A DNA stretch of 64,000 nt from Glycera tridactyla (GCA_965644265.1 OZ286472.1:16120001-16184000), one strand, 5' to 3'; positions 49,040 through 64,000 are shown, counted from the first letter of the stretch. Program-made: numbers and translations. Notes: generated from the sequence alone by a model not told the origin.

Positions 49040-49560
49040 GTTATGCCCCACTCGGTGTGCGGTGTGTAATACCGGAGGGGCATTATGTTTTCACACCAGC
49101 AAGTGGTTGGGTGGGTTGGAGGGTGGCTGGATGGGTGGGTGAATGATGGTTTCTGGACAATAACTCAAAAACTTTCAGGGCCAGCCTTTTCGTACTTGGT
49201 GTACAGGATTTTGGGACAGCCATCTTGAATCACTGAGTTTTAGGGCTAGCCTTGTCAAACTTGGTGTACAGACTCTCCTCGGCTATGGCAAGGCAATGAT
49301 TTTGAAGTTGTCATCTTCACTTTCAATGTCGTTGAGTGGTGAAATGTATTATTTTTGTTCATATATTGCAGAAATTCTCCACACTTGCTCAGAATTGCAT
49401 GCGGACTGGAAGAAGTTTTTGAAAAATACCCCTATCCAGGCTCATTCTCATGCTATAATCCATTGAAAGTAGTCCAAAATGTGAAAAAAATCAGTGAAAT
49501 TGACCGGAAATTTCAAAATATCATGAATTAAGTTTTCTTCGGTGAATATGATGAGAAATG
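49040..49560. mobile_element. Non-autonomous invertebrate-type repeat (TTATGCCCC...GGGGCATTATG head, GGGT/GGAT microsatellite, ATAACTCAAAAAC)
   Basis: Subterminal hairpin followed by a tetranucleotide tract, reminiscent of HINE/DINE-like elements; superfamily uncertain. Confidence 0.45.
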
Positions 49561-51761
49561 GTTTTGGGCAACTATAGGACTATGTAAGGCTATTTCTTGT
49601 ATGAAAAGAATTGTATTCATATGGCAAATCTGCTGGCATTATTGACTCATCTCCCCATTGGAATCCATGGGGACACACACGCAACCCACTATATAAAAAC
49701 ATCATGAAATCAGCATATTCCGTGTGCTGGCAATCAAACAAAAACATATCTACCACATTTGGATTTGCCAGACTAGCAACATCATATGCTTCTCCAGTTT
49801 TACATAAACAGCCTCGCAAATCCACATGAATATCTCATAAACTTGATGTTATGTCAGCAAAAAGTGCTTCTTGGTACTATTCCAGAGCAGATAATTGCTG
49901 GTATGCATTTGTTTCCAGCTAAGTGCAATTTGGTGTTCGGAATGGAATGAAGAATGGTGCTCATGAATATTCATGACTGAGACCTACCGAGTATATTATC
50001 ATACTATTGTTCAGATATATGAGAGGTCTTGACTATAATTTTTTTAATAATTTTTCATTGCCAGTATAATTGCCATTGCCCTTTTCATTATCTTGATTTC
50101 CACTGTCACCCATGGATGTTTAGTATGTCATTAAATCAATAAATTCCATCAACAATTCCTTGTCAATGTTTCTGCCCACAAACTGTGACCCCCTACAATG
50201 TCTAACTCGACCTATCAGAGTTGCAGTGGATCAGGCCTTTGAAATCATCTTTCCAACGCATTGCGGCTCATCAACTTGCCATTTACTATGTTCATTCCTT
50301 TGAAGAGAAAGCATGTCACTACTAAATCAGGTTTGGTGATAAATATAATACCCTGATATGTTATGATGACCATCCCAACATATATCATAGCTGTTGAAGG
50401 TTAGCTGCAATGGAGAGCGTTGTAATTTTTCACCATCTTGATTGAATTGATATTCAAAATTTCACTTAATCATCTTCATCCTTATCAAGAGCACTGCTCA
50501 TGATTTTCCCACAAGTTTCTCTTTGGTTTCAGATGAGATTATAATCTGTTTGACTGGTTCGACCAAAAACATAAACTCAGAATAGAATGATAGTTTTCAT
50601 GACTATAGTAGTTCATGGATCATTCTGGTTATATGAGACAATACTCCATCCACATGTTTAAATACACCAATCATGAGTAACCAACTCACTTCAAACGGTT
50701 CTCCAGATATATATTGGTTCCCTGAAAATATGGAGAAAGTGATATTTGGAGGATGTGATGATCTAGATTGTAATCTATTTCGTGACTTATTCCTTCCAAT
50801 CAAAAGGTCTTGACATAATTGCTGGCAAAAAACATAGAAAATCTGAGAACTCATGATATTCATTCCATCCACATCCTGGTATATATATTAGCCGTTCTCG
50901 CAAATCCAGTTTGTTCCATCGAGGGAGATTTCATTACAGAAAGTAGGGGAAATTGGAACTTGGATGTATTGGGGTATTTTCACCTGTATTAGGCAACCCC
51001 TTCTGGGAAATGAAAATCAAATATACAGTCAAAACTGTTCTAGAGATCACTTCCCTACATCATCACTTTCAATACAGACCTTTTCTCAATGACTATTTCT
51101 ACAGATGCCGTCTGTCAACAAAGACCTCTCCTTCACATGTCCAGAGGTGGCCTCTGTTGGCGAGTTTGCCTGTTCTATTGACTTTCTGGGAGTTGGGTGT
51201 TCCTTTATGTATTGGAGGGCAATGTGCTGTGTCGCCAAGAATTCATCTGTTTCCATAGGAGATATGGTTTTGGAAGTCCATCACATATCAATATTGGGGA
51301 TTTGCAATAATGAGTTTCAGACTGGTGCCAGGTGAATGAAGCTATAGTTCATAATATCAACACTAGGTGGTGAACCCAGCAAAGTGACAATAAGAGACAT
51401 CTATGCAGATGAAACGTGAACCATAATGTCCATTGACATATATATATCCATTGGTATTCATCTCAGTCATGGAGGAGTGAGTTCTGTTTGACTTCCCTTT
51501 CATACTGTATTGTTATATAATTGCAAGTGTGGCTCATACCTGGATGGGTGACCAAGATAGAGATTTTGGACCTATATCATCCCCAAGATTCTGATGATTT
51601 TGACTTGCCACTAAGTGCATTGTGTGCCTGGGTACTTATCTGAATGCAATAATAGTTTAACATTCAGAGTGGTTTTTTTTATCACAAGTCTTACCTAATG
51701 AATCCTGAACTTATTCATATCCACTTGCAAGCCCCATGCAAGGTCATATAAATGTCATAAT

Positions 51762-51764
<3 letters not shown>

Positions 51765-51815
<51 letters not shown>
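51765..51815. repeat. (GA)n microsatellite; other GA/CT-rich tracts at 40120-40330, 47463-47857 and 58047-58140
   Basis: Directly visible. Confidence 0.95.
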
Positions 51816-51816
<1 letters not shown>

Positions 51817-54800
51817 TTATGGATATAGTATATAGTATCACCATCATTTACCTCGAGAGGCAATACATGCCAGGAATTCTCAGCTTGCAGCTCATGACTG
51901 GTCTCTGTGCGTCCCCAATGATCCTTCAAACCTTCACCAGGACTTTCAGCTTTCAGATCACTTGAGGCGTATGGAACTAGTTTCACAGAATGAATGGACA
52001 TCTTCAGCAAATGTGGTTATGATGCACACATTTTGAGTCATCAGCTGACTCCCGTAGATATCACCCATTACTTGATGATGGACGACCAATGCCATCTGCT
52101 GGGATAAAAACATCACCTACGTGTCATTTTGGCACTCCAAATGAAAGTCACAGATGTTCAGATTCTGATAGCCTTGATGTCAACGCGCTGCTGCATATGC
52201 AAAATGCAAAAAAAAATGAACACATGTATTGCCTTGGTGTTGCAGGCATTAATGTGGATTTGAATGAACATTTCTGCTGTCAGCAGACATCACTAATAGA
52301 TGGAAAATGAAGATGAACCTGGCGCCAGTACATTATCCCTTTGGTGAGATAATACCTTTGTCATCGCCACAATCAACATTTAAATTGTTGTTTCTATCAT
52401 CAACAATGACTCCTTTTGCCTGCAAACTGACTTGTGCCATGATCAGAATGGGGAGGTTGGATATTTCCCCTTCACGCTCTTCACTGTTTACAGTAGTTTT
52501 CATGGATGAGTGCTCCCATTTTGATGTGTGTCCCATGTATGTCTCCAGTTGTGTTCTGTGCACCATATTGAATAGTTCATGTGTATCTGTTCACCTTACT
52601 TGATTACTAATATGAATTTCTCAAGGATTTTTTTGCAGGCACATTTATGTTTGTAGTAGACCATGGCTACAAGTCAATCACATGACCACCCTGAATAAGC
52701 ACTCCAAGAAATTCAAAACCTTCTAACGTGATTTTGGTCATCAAAGGCTGGCATCGCTTCAGTCGAGAAATTCTGTTGGATCTGTACTCAATTTGGCCTG
52801 ACTTCCGAGCCTATCAATCCTTTTGTCATCACCTGGTGACTTACCACTTTTGATGGACAGGTGAAGGTCATGTGTTGATGGAGTGTTGACAATCATGGTT
52901 GTCAGCCAACATGAGTTGTGGCTTCCTCACTGCTGCCATTTTCACTGCACTGCTCCTCCGTAAAATCCATGTATCCATATGTACATTGCCATCCACCAGC
53001 TCATGTCTATAGTAAGTTTTATTGTGCGACTCTTGCAGCTCTCAAGCTGGACAGACCTTCACATGTTAAACGAAAAAGCAAGTCCAAGTTTATATACCTC
53101 CTTCTCGCCAGTCAAATTGTACTAGACTACACCATGAACCAACCACACCAATGGGACACCAGTTGACCACTTGGCAGATAGAAATAGCAGCAATCAACTC
53201 TGGGATGGTGCTAGGGCAAAAAGTTATTTCAGATGATTTGGGTAAAATAAATCTTTATTCAGTCAGAGAATGTAGGTTTTAGCCAAAAATCCTGCAGTTT
53301 TTTTCTCATGTTCAACAAACAGTTTCCTTATGACTATTGCATTCTTGACCCCTGGAATCTGATTAAAGTAAGATTTTGGAGACACAAAAAGACAAAATCA
53401 TATTCTGGCCACATATCTCTGATGGCCTCAACTGTTGATGATCCAAAAGAATGTCCCTTTGTCAATTTTGCTTATGATACAGAAGCTCTTTGGCCAACTG
53501 ATGAAGGCTTCAATTCATGGCAAATTCGCAAATAGCTTTTGTTGACTCAGCAATTGCATATTTTTTGGCTTGCACAATGTTCTTCTTACATAGTGGTATC
53601 TGCCATTGATCTGTTGAAGTAAGATCAGAGAGATCTGATATCACACTGTATTTTATCATGGTGAATACTTCATACAATAGTCAAGACATTTGATGGATAT
53701 TCATAAAATCCAGGACTCTGGGATGGATTCAGATGCAAACAGACTCAGTGATCCTGTTGTATATAATGACTGCTTACCTCTGGCATATCAGACGAATAGT
53801 CTTTACATGCAATTTATTTCTGCTGATACTGCTTGACAGCACTGTCTGTTGCCACCCAGTTCTCTCCAACGCAGTCGGGTCTTGATCTTTCGACACATAT
53901 ATGAAAGAGGTTCCTTGGATTCATGCTCTGATTTTGGTGATCCATGATAATAAACAGAGTTTGAGAATGTCCCACAATCATATTTATCATAATTGTGAGT
54001 ATAAAGACAGTGGAAGGAACAGAGAGTCTTGAGAACACTAATACACTTGGTACTGAAATTTTCAAAGTTTCTGGGTGCCATAAAGTTGAAAGACGATCTC
54101 AGCCATCATGAGTTTTTTTCTAGATGAGATTCGAAACTAAACTTACAAATGAGAGTGTTGGTTCCTGGTGTAGACCTTCTAGGATGAGTTTGACTGAGTA
54201 TGTGTTACTGTCTCTCCTTCCTTGTGGATTTTTGTGTGTGCATCTGACATTATCTGTGTGTTTGTTGGTGCCGTCTTCTCTCATGCTTGCTCTCTATTAT
54301 TCACTGACTCCTGACATTACATGTAGTATATCCCGTCTTTACACCCCCAGCTCATTCTGTGTTCCTTCATCATACCTACCAACACAAACTGTTATCATCA
54401 TCCTACTGTCAGTTGTTCAGTCATTGACAATATTTGTCAGCATAAATTGGGAGAATAATCATATTTTCTATTTTTAATGTTTTCATATTTGATAATAATG
54501 CCTATATCGGAGAATATCTGTCTTGAAAAATGTCTTGTTTACTAACACTATGCTGTTGATGATACACTGCTGATGACAATGATTTAAATAGAAGTAAATC
54601 ATCAAAGATTGACATCCTAAATTCACCTCAATGTAAGGCCATTGCTCGAATGTGTTGATTTTCAGCATATAAGGTCCCAATATTATGATGTAGGAAATAT
54701 GAAGATACTGTTTGAACATTATGAAACCAGACATATATTTGGATATTTGAAAGGAATTGGACTCTTTTGAAAGAAGTGAATCCTGGGCATGGATATTTAG

Positions 54801-55422
54801 TGCTGCCAACTTCTTTATCAAAGGCTGGCTGTGTGTGTTTCTTTGCCGCATGCACATGAAAGATCCATCCTCTTATTTCTCAAAGCACAAGTCGAGTTGC
54901 CCAGCAGGACTGCTCTATTCTCCATTTGATAGTTCATTCTATCGTGGAAAAGAATTTGAAAGAAATTAAAAGCCAGTAGCCAGGCAATGCATTGGTAATT
55001 TTTCATAGTCCAAGTATTATCTAAAGTATATATATCTCAGTCTCGTGTAATCCTGCCCGGGGTGAAGAGGCATAAAATCCTACTCAATCAATCAATCAAT
55101 CTATCAATTCAAAATTAACAGTACTAGCACTATCATTTGCTTTGTAGAATTTGGAACTCACATTTAATCATGCTAACTTTCAGCTTGACAATCAATGTCC
55201 AGATTTTCTCAAAATGATTCTACTGTAATCAGATTTTAGTGTGCACACTTCTGAGGCTATGTATCTATCCATTTTCATGTACAGAGCCACCATCTGTGTT
55301 ATGCCAGTATCTTTGATTTGGTGTGACCTTTCTATGACAGATTGTACATTTTACCATGTGAGTAACTTGATAGATAAAAATAATCATTTCAGTCTGTGGG
55401 ATCAACTATGATTTTCCAATTA

Positions 55423-55600
55423 CAGTCGAACCTCCCTATAAAGACCCCCTTTGGTCACAAAAAAAAGCGGTCTTTATAGGGAGGTGGTCTTTATAGGGAG
55501 GTCATTTACTGTTGAAAATACTACCACGGTCGCAGCTCAGGGTGGTCTTTATAGGGAGGTGGTCTTTATAGAGAGGTGGTCTTTAGAGGAGGTTCGACTG
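55423..55600. mobile_element. MITE family C, inverted relative to 11706-11864; older copy at 34366-34514
   Basis: Perfect TIR CAGTCGAACCTCC, TA flanks, shared core CTGAGCTGCGACC.TGGTAGT. Confidence 0.92.
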
Positions 55601-56849
55601 TATTTAATTGCTGAATAAAAATCGCTAAGCACTCGCAATACTCAGGAGGATAAAAATCTTGAGCCTCATAGCAAAAAATATGTTTTAAATGAACAATATT
55701 ATTGATATTGAATGCCTTGTCTGTACCAGCTAAGCAATGCAAAAGTTATTACGTGGCTCTTGTCATACATATTACAAAATGTGCCAACATTTACATTTAT
55801 TCATTGGAGAATGTAATGAACATGGTGTTGACAGTGGCTTATTGTTACACTGAAGTTGCCGTCATGAATTATCCATGTCATCTAAGGAACGTTAAAGAGC
55901 ATTGTGTGATTCTCCTGCATGCGCTCTCCCTGTCTCCCTCTCTATCCCTCTCCCTCTCTATCCCTATATTAGGTAGTGTTCACCTCATTTTTGAGAAATT
56001 CATCAAGTTTGTTCATTATCAATAAATCACCCCATCATATTACATAGTGAGTGGATAGTTGATAAAACCATGTTGATACTAGCTTTGTCTTTAGAATCAG
56101 CCAGTTTAGTCAATTTTGAAATTGTAGCCATAGTCATAGATGTATACTTTTTTCATTTCGATGCAGTGAAACCTGTCACCCAATACCATCTGTGGTTTTC
56201 ATGGAAAAGATCACCTATTGATATGGACACTTGTCACAGGGTTAAATGTTATAAACACACCTAGTGGTTCCTGATATGTCACTGAGTAAATGCCAAGAAT
56301 ATCATCTGATACAAAAAAAGCAATTACTAATCGTATGATTTATTGATTGATTGATGAATGGCACCTCCTCAATCTGTGATTTCAATGATTGATTGACAAG
56401 TGAAGGCTTTTCATTCTTCACTTGATTTTAGACAGAGATAGTTTGAGGTAGATTTAAGATAAGATCAGATAAGATAAGATGGGTAAGATTAGATGAAATG
56501 TTTTGTTGATCACTGAGAATAGATCATGCGTTGGTTCCGTTTTGCTTGAAGGACAGCCACCCTCATTGTTTTGGCAGTACATCATTGATATCACGGTAGA
56601 ATATTGACTTTACGCAACGATTGTTTCAATATTGGATATCAGGAATATGAAATTGAAATTTCCCCATGTCTCTTACATCTTTCTCTCTCTACTGAATAAC
56701 ATTGATTATAAGAGTCAATGCTGACACAGGTAAAACAAAATGGACCAAAAAGTCGGTCTAACTCCGCAGGTTTTCTCATTGGATCTACAGCGTGAAGTTA
56801 AATGTTGTGTATACTTGTCCATGATAAATCTCTACCGTTTTCTTCTGTT

Positions 56850-57250
56850 TTCACTTTCATTGTCATTTTTGCCGAATTTTGTCATTTTCTAGATGAATTC
56901 AACAGATGTTGATGACGATATCATCATCATCATTTCTAATATTTTGCCACCACTATAGATCTGAACCATTTTCTTTTTATCATCTATCATGACTCTTTAC
57001 CATTCTCTAACAATTTCTTCTATTTACATTTTCATTGTCATTTTTGATTCAGAAATACTCAAGAAATGTGATGGATGTTGATGATGATATTATCATCATC
57101 ATTTTGAATATCTGGCCACTAATATAAATCAGAATCAATTTTCCTTTCATCATCTATCATGACACTGTCATCGTCCTCATCATCATCACCATTATCATTT
57201 CCCTCATCATTGTCATCGTCATCATCCTTTTCATCATCGCCATCGCTGCC
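56850..57250. repeat. ~178-bp diverged tandem duplication followed by a (CAT)n tract
   Basis: TTTCATTGTCATTTTTG...GATGTTGATGA.GATAT..CATCATCATTT...TCATCTATCATGAC occurs twice. Confidence 0.8.
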
Positions 57251-58786
57251 GCAACCTGCATACCCTCATAGTTGAATGCGTCTTTGCCATCCTGTTCATC
57301 ATAGCTGTCCTGTTATCATCCTCATCTTCCCTTCAAGTCTCATCGTCATCCTTGTATTCTTCTCCATTGTTTTTATTCCCATTGCTACTCTCGCCCCATT
57401 CAATGTCACAGCATCCTTTCACCACTTTGATCTAGAATCATTGGATTCTTTTTCCCCTCCTATGCAAGTTGGAAAATATATCGAAATCTCTCATCAATGT
57501 GAGATCACAAATACATGTACCGGGTAATTTCAGCAAGGGATTTCCCATGGAAATGTTTGGTCATTGAGTGGGTGATATTACCTCAAGGCATGCATAAACA
57601 TCCCTCTAAGTTGAAGTATACATATTGAATACCATTGGTTCAATCCTGTCATTATTAAATGCAATCTTATGATGGTAGATCGTCACATCGTAAGAGCAAC
57701 TGGGCAAGCAATGGATTTATTGCTTACAATGTAAAATTAGGGATGTTGAGGAGATGTCATCACATGAGTGAAAACACATGTCACTCCTATTTTCTGGCTA
57801 TTTGCTCTACAGTGATATTACTCCAAACTATGCATGCATTTGTTCTAGTTGTGACTATGGATGTATCTTGTTTTGTTTCTATATTTGTAGCTGTTGTGGT
57901 CTGAGATTGTTCCTCTTGTTGAATGTCAGCATGCATGTCTGCGTCTTCTTCATGCATGGTGATCATGTTATGTAGAAACAATGCGGCCCAACTAGCTGGT
58001 CAAGCCAAACACTGAATATTGATATGCCATATCTCATGGATAACATGAGGGAAAGAGAGAGGGGCAAGAAGAGAGAGAGGGAGAGAGAGAAAGAGAGAGG
58101 GAGAGAGAGAGGGAGAGAGAAAAAGAGAGAGAGTGAGAGTGTGTGTTGCTCATCAGGACAATACAGTCGAATTATGCTCAGAATAAGTTTTTGCTTGATA
58201 CAGGTGAAAACCTCTCTGATTTTATGAACAGAAATCTTGCTTCGTAAGAGTATCTATTTGACCTCTATAACATATATCCGTAATTGGCAGGACCAATGTT
58301 CTTCGAAAGTCAGTTTTTCTCATCGCTAGGATTAGCGATAGTAGTCTTTAGGGTTAAGGTTATGTTTAGTTAGGGGTAGGGTTAGCTTTGAATTTCATTG
58401 TGATCGAAGCAAAAGCTTACAGTCTATGCAGATCAAATTGGGGACTTGTAAAGTGCATGTGCCCCGTCATTTCAAATCAATATAACAATCATGCATGAAG
58501 TCTATGACCCAGTCATTAATCATTTTCATCTCCTGCCTGTAATGGTTTTCACAATCAAGATTTCTGTGAAGTAACAGAAATCTCAAGCATTGCATCCATT
58601 TCATGATTCATTGATGATCAGAATTCATTATCACCCCATGAATTATGGATGCATTCATAATTCCTGGGTGCTGCTATCTTGAAAATTTTGTTCGCCTGAC
58701 AGTTGGCATACCGGTAACTTCATATCTGAGTACCCCCAGTTGCTATGATGGCCATAAAGATACTGCCAAACTCCATGCCCTCTCAG

Positions 58787-60010
58787 TTAGACAGTAAGAC
58801 AGTAAGACAGCAGCTTTATTTTGACAGGCGGAATACAGTAAAGGGTGGTAAAATACAAAATGTACATACACAAAGTATATCATTTTGCTAATAGCCTATT
58901 CTCCCACTGCAACCTGTTTACCAAAATGTCTATATAGTATTTTCAATTGTAATAGGATAATTTCAAATACCCAGTTTGAGGCCTACCAATGCATATTGTG
59001 AGTATAGATCATACAAACATCAAGAACATATATCATGCATCAAAACTCATAGTTTCACTCATCAATTATTCTAATAGTTTCACTAATGCAGGTACCAGAA
59101 GTCTTCGTTAGACTACTTAAGACATTCCATTCCTCAGAGATAGCTACAGAAAATGCTTTCCTACCCTGTTGTGTTCTGGTTCTGTTAATGATCAGGTTTC
59201 TCTGTCTACTCGCTCTGGTATTTACGTCATGTTGATAGTCAAGAGTCAATAACCTAGAGGCAAAATAGCCAGAGTCAATGAAACCATTAACAAGCTTATA
59301 CATCATGTTATGTGAGTGATATTCCCTACGCATATATAGCATGTGGAGACCCAATTTTTCATGTATAAAAGCAGTAGAGGTACGAGAAAGCATCTTCAGG
59401 ATGATTTTACAGCATCTATTTTGTAATTTTTGAAGTTCATCTAGACAATCTGGCTGTTTGGTAGATTATGTCACAATATACAATCAATGGTAGTATCAAG
59501 GTTTTGCAAACTGTAAGAGCCACCTTTTCGGAAATAAATTCCTAGTTCTACCCAGAAGGCCAATGCGTTGGCGAGGTTTTGAACATATTTTGTTTACATG
59601 GTAATCAAATTTCAAGTTATTATCCAACCAAACACCCAGGTACTATTGAACCTCTTCGATTTCCTCATTTTGCTTGAATAATGATAGTTGTGTATTCAGT
59701 GAGAAATAAACATTTGTGACGACCATCGACTTGGTCTTTTTTACATTCAATGAGAGTGGATTTTTAACCAACCAATTGAAGAGCTTCTTGAAGAGCTTCT
59801 CGTACCTTGTCAATAGAGTTATCGGTGTAGTGAATGACGGTGTCGTCCGCATAAAGGGCAACTCTAGAATTTCTAATTACATTGGGTATATCGTTTATGT
59901 ATATAATGAAAAGCAAGGGTCCGAGAATCAAACGTTGTGGGACTCCACATGTTATCTGTCCTTGACACGACAACTTTCCTCGAAATCTTGTCAGTTATGA
60001 TCTGTCATTT
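58787..60010 (-). mobile_element. 5'-truncated, frameshifted CR1/L2-type LINE
   Basis: ITCGVPQRLILGPLLFIIYINDIP...LYADDT, LSLNVKKTKSMV, downstream YLGVWLD and HDVNTR...KAFSV..SEEWN. The 3' end has AATAAA followed by a (CTGTCTTA)n tail at 58787-58811. Confidence 0.92.
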
Positions 60011-60426
60011 AGGTAATTTCTAATCAAGGCGTTCGCACCACCAACCACCCCATACTGACGCAATTCATGTGCCAGGATGAGGTGGTCGACTCAGTAAATG
60101 TCATTCAATTTTGTGTGAGATTGTGGTGAACTTCATTCTCGAGTATTGAGATAATTCATTGGTTATAAGTTGCTCGAAGCAGTCGGATGGCATCCCATTG
60201 TTTGCTGAGCAAATGGTGACTTGCATAATTGAATATGAATAAGTGTCAGACTAGCAGAAACATCATGACACAAACCAGACTGTGGTGGTTTGCACATAGA
60301 TGAACATGTCCTAAAACTACAAGATAGGTGTGATAATTGTGGTTGGTAGCCATACACTTGGTGTATGCTCTTGTGAGAAAACACCCTCAATGCCTCAATA
60401 TCAGGTTGCGCAAGACTGGTGCCTAC

Positions 60427-60682
60427 TAGTGCTGTGATGATTACCCGATTATATCAATTATTGCATCGTTGAGAGGTCTGATTCTATTAATCGATTATAC
60501 AAGTTGACATTCGATTAAAGTATTGCTCCTAAATATCGGTACAAAGTTCTGATTTTGCTGCAAATTTTGAGTATTTTTAGGCAAGCCAGGGGATTCTGAA
60601 CTCTGATTATTTAATCAATAATCAATCACTGGTGAGTCCGATTAATTGATCATAACTTTTGCAACCAGGATTTAGAGCACTA
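60427..60682. mobile_element. hAT-type MITE with 8-bp TSD, same family as 12179-12428
   Basis: TIR TAGTGCT / AGCACTA; flanks GTGCCTAC and GTGCCGAC (7/8). Confidence 0.85.
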
Positions 60683-60749
60683 GTGCCGACTAGGCATGGG
60701 TATATTTGCAGAATAATGATAGATGAGTGTTCAGAAAAACTGCTTGCCT

Positions 60750-61700
60750 GTCACATGTAATTGCCACAAAGTTTGTCATTACAAGTTCCATTCTACATAG
60801 GGTGGCCTCAGTGCATATGGCTTCTTTGCTCACCCTAGACCTTTGGACTCAGACCTGAGTCTGATTGTGATAAAATATGAACTGATGACAGTTTTTACTT
60901 GGTGTAGATTGCTTCCTTTCAAGAGGTGCATGTGTAGTGACTCTTGATCCAGGATGTTTGAATGCACTTCTCACTGATGCAACACCTTCATCCCATGAAA
61001 TGAGGTGTCCGGTATCAGATTCAAGACAGGTTGGATGAAATGGGAGAAGTACGAAAATTGTTTCAGATCAAAGCTGAATTGTCATTGTAGTTGGTGGGAG
61101 TGCACTGGCATTCCATCCATAATGTGTACCGAGGCAGAATTGTTGTCACAATAAGGCAAAAGTTTGCAATTCACTTGTCCTTGGTTTCAAGTTGATTCGT
61201 GATGAATACATACTAACTCACTTTGGAACACAATTGTCCAAATGATAATGACATTTTGATGGCTCTGCTAGCAATCTTGAAGCCTTTGTGATCGCTAGCT
61301 GAGTGGTCAAAACCTTGTGATCATTTCAGAAATTTCGTTCTAAAGTGATTTACTTTGTATTCACCACGGTGGAAAGTGTTTGTAAATCTGAGAGACCTGT
61401 AGATCCTCTCCAGAATAATCGTCAATTTCTCAATTCCGGATTTCCAAACAGGAGACGAATCCGAATGGAACTATGTTTCACAAAAATCATCTGATTTCTC
61501 TTTTTGATTTGAATATTGATCTCCGTAGGAGCAAGCAGTCTTATGCACTGAGCTACACAAACTACCTCTAAACTTGCTGATGGAAAACTCACCAGGAGCA
61601 CTCTCCACTCCCCATACAGATACCCAGAGACCTATGTTGACCACGAAGTTCATACTCATGTTCATTCCATTCATGTGATGGGAGGTGGTGAGAATGAAGC
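60750..61700 (-). mobile_element. Decayed I-clade-like LINE fragment; a similar plus-strand relic lies near 17950-18300
   Basis: ETKFL...FD and FRTSPISS on the minus strand; SAPVESIFV on the plus strand at ~18100. Confidence 0.4.
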
Positions 61701-64000
61701 TACATTTCAAGATACATAATTGGGATCTTCAGCTTACATTCTGGAAATTACCAAATATCTTGTTGTAGATTTGAATTTGGATATCCAGCATGGCACCTAG
61801 TACTTATCCTCTGTAATAGCAAGTGGTTTCATGCTCTGAGCAACCCAAACTGTAAGGAGATGAATCCGTTTGATATCACTCTAGTATGGATACCAGTGAG
61901 ACGAATATCCAACTAATTAACAATATACAGTATAAGCTCTTTCCTGAGGCAGCCCCAAATGTCAAGCAAAAAAAACGGTACTCAAATCAGGTGGTTGCTC
62001 ATTAGAGGTTTGAAGTCAGCCGGTAAAACACTTGTAAAAGGAGTGCAACCACAAGACAATCTCCAATATGGACATTAAACTTGTGACTGGCGACTTAAGA
62101 ATCATGTCCCATGTATCCAAACAGTGCCAAATCGATGTTTACACCCTATATCTGTATATCAATTCGTTTGCCATAATCGTGATAAATTCATTCGAGACAA
62201 GAAAAGATAGCACCTGTGATCATCATCTTGCCATTGTTGTTTTCATTCGACTAATAACGCAAAATATTGCTGAATCGATATTTTTACCAAACTTGCAGAT
62301 GAGACAACATCCTTGCCGTAATAGTGATAAATTCATTCGGAACATAACTTCCAATGTTCTGGTCCGGGTGAGAAGTCCCGCAAAATGGCGCTGTTTTATT
62401 TTTATCCAGAGATCCATGATCATCGGCTCGCCCAGAGCATGTACATTCAAAGTAAAGATATGAATGTGTGTTTCAGACCTTGTGGTTTCATGCTGTGGTG
62501 ATAGTTTGAAGAAAGTCATCCACCTGAGCAAAATGTCACCCATGATTAATTATTCTCTATCATAGTTCCGATAGGGATTCTCTCCATCTTTTTTCTGATG
62601 ATGTCAGCACAGATCATGTGCTCAATCAATGGTTGCATAAAAATCATTATTTAGATGTGTTCTGTCTAGAGATGGACCTCTTAACAATCATTTGTTCTGA
62701 GTCAAGTATGTTGATGCAAACGGCCAAACAATGGCCTGGGCTGATAGAAACAGTGAGCACTTGCGGCAAGGTGAGCAGAAATGAAGCCATGTGTAGTTTA
62801 TGATTATCATCACTCAGTCTCAACTTGCCAACAGTCACTCATTGGAGGTTTTCCGATCGTCCCAAGGTGGTCGTTCAAAAGAGGTGGTCACACAAAAGAG
62901 GGGTCACTCAATAAAGATGAAATATATAAGGATAATAATTTTAGCGGCGAAAAGCGGTCATTCAAGAGAGGTGGTTACTAATTATAGGATGGCTCATAAG
63001 AGGTTTTAATGTATATGGTCGATAGAGTAAATCTATCAATACTAGATGGTAAAATAATTTTGTACTCTACCCAGACATGGTCAGTAATCATAGCACTTGA
63101 CAGGTCCTCCTTTTTTTCAAGCTAGAAATCAGTGTCTGTTGACATTGATCCTTTCAGACCATGAATAAAGAATTTCTCTACAAGAGCAACATATTTGCTG
63201 ATCCATGTCATGCATAGAACTTGAATTTGAAGTAGTTAAGTTCTAGTAGTCGAGTACTACTAGAACTTGAATGAATCATGGTCATCATTAGCATGAAATG
63301 ACTTTGAGCGTCATTATCAATAAAAATAAAATTAAGAAAAATTGACATTCATTATAATGAAGATCTCATGAAGAATTCTCTCCTGATATATTGCAGTGAA
63401 CAATATTCCACCTTGACAATGGACAAAAACTGACAAGAGAAAACATGAGGAATAATGGTGCCCATAAATGCTCATCTTAAATGAAACTGCTTATTATCAT
63501 GAATTATTAATATTAACAATACCTATATATCATCATTTGGAATAAAGATACGGATTATGTTTACTGAGGGTGAAGGATTTCCTCAGAAGTTCATCAGCTC
63601 ACTCTGAGTTCAATGAACGTCATGCCCATAAAAGGGATTCTCTTGCATCTTTTTTTATGATCTCCAACCTCATTATCAAGTTTATATGACAATTCTGCTC
63701 AAGCTTCATTTAAAGTCACTCTGATGTTCCTATGATGATGTATCCGATTCTCAGGCATGTGCGTGTGTACTTCTGGTAGCAAATGCTTCATACTGTTTTT
63801 AATACTGTAAATCACAGGTATCCCTTCTCTCCACATTTTTGTTTGATGTCTCCATCAACAGTGATATCTCTATTTCCCTGTGTTCCTGCTTGATTCAAGT
63901 GTATTCATCTAGCAATGCACTAAACCCTGATCATTTTCCGTTAAGGGGAATCCCCTTTTGAAAAGTTTATTTCAATGATATAGTCTTCAGACATTCATTT

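Noticed and set aside
58340-58390. TTAGGG-like tract
   Set aside because: Short and degenerate; typical of MITE interiors, not evidence of an interstitial telomere.

Overview
AT-rich eukaryotic (most likely invertebrate animal) genomic DNA from a gapped assembly with four N-runs. I found no convincing host gene; the window reads as a transposon graveyard. It holds many decayed LINE fragments, roughly 20 TA-flanked Tc1/mariner-pogo-type MITEs, hAT-type MITEs, a 50-bp minisatellite and microsatellites. Two young, largely intact tyrosine-recombinase (YR) elements stand out. (1) A Crypton-type DNA element (~26.16-29.07 kb, + strand) has a two-exon DUF3504/YR gene, twin 25-bp-stem hairpins and a dyad motif repeated at both ends. 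(2) A DIRS-order, Ngaro-like retrotransposon (~41.0-47.1 kb, - strand) has gag, RT-RNaseH and YR. It is preceded on the same strand by an intact SGNH/GDSL hydrolase gene with its own promoter-like motifs and followed by a densely folded hairpin domain. The second element is the best candidate for an undescribed architecture. All family assignments come from motif recognition by eye; no database search was run.
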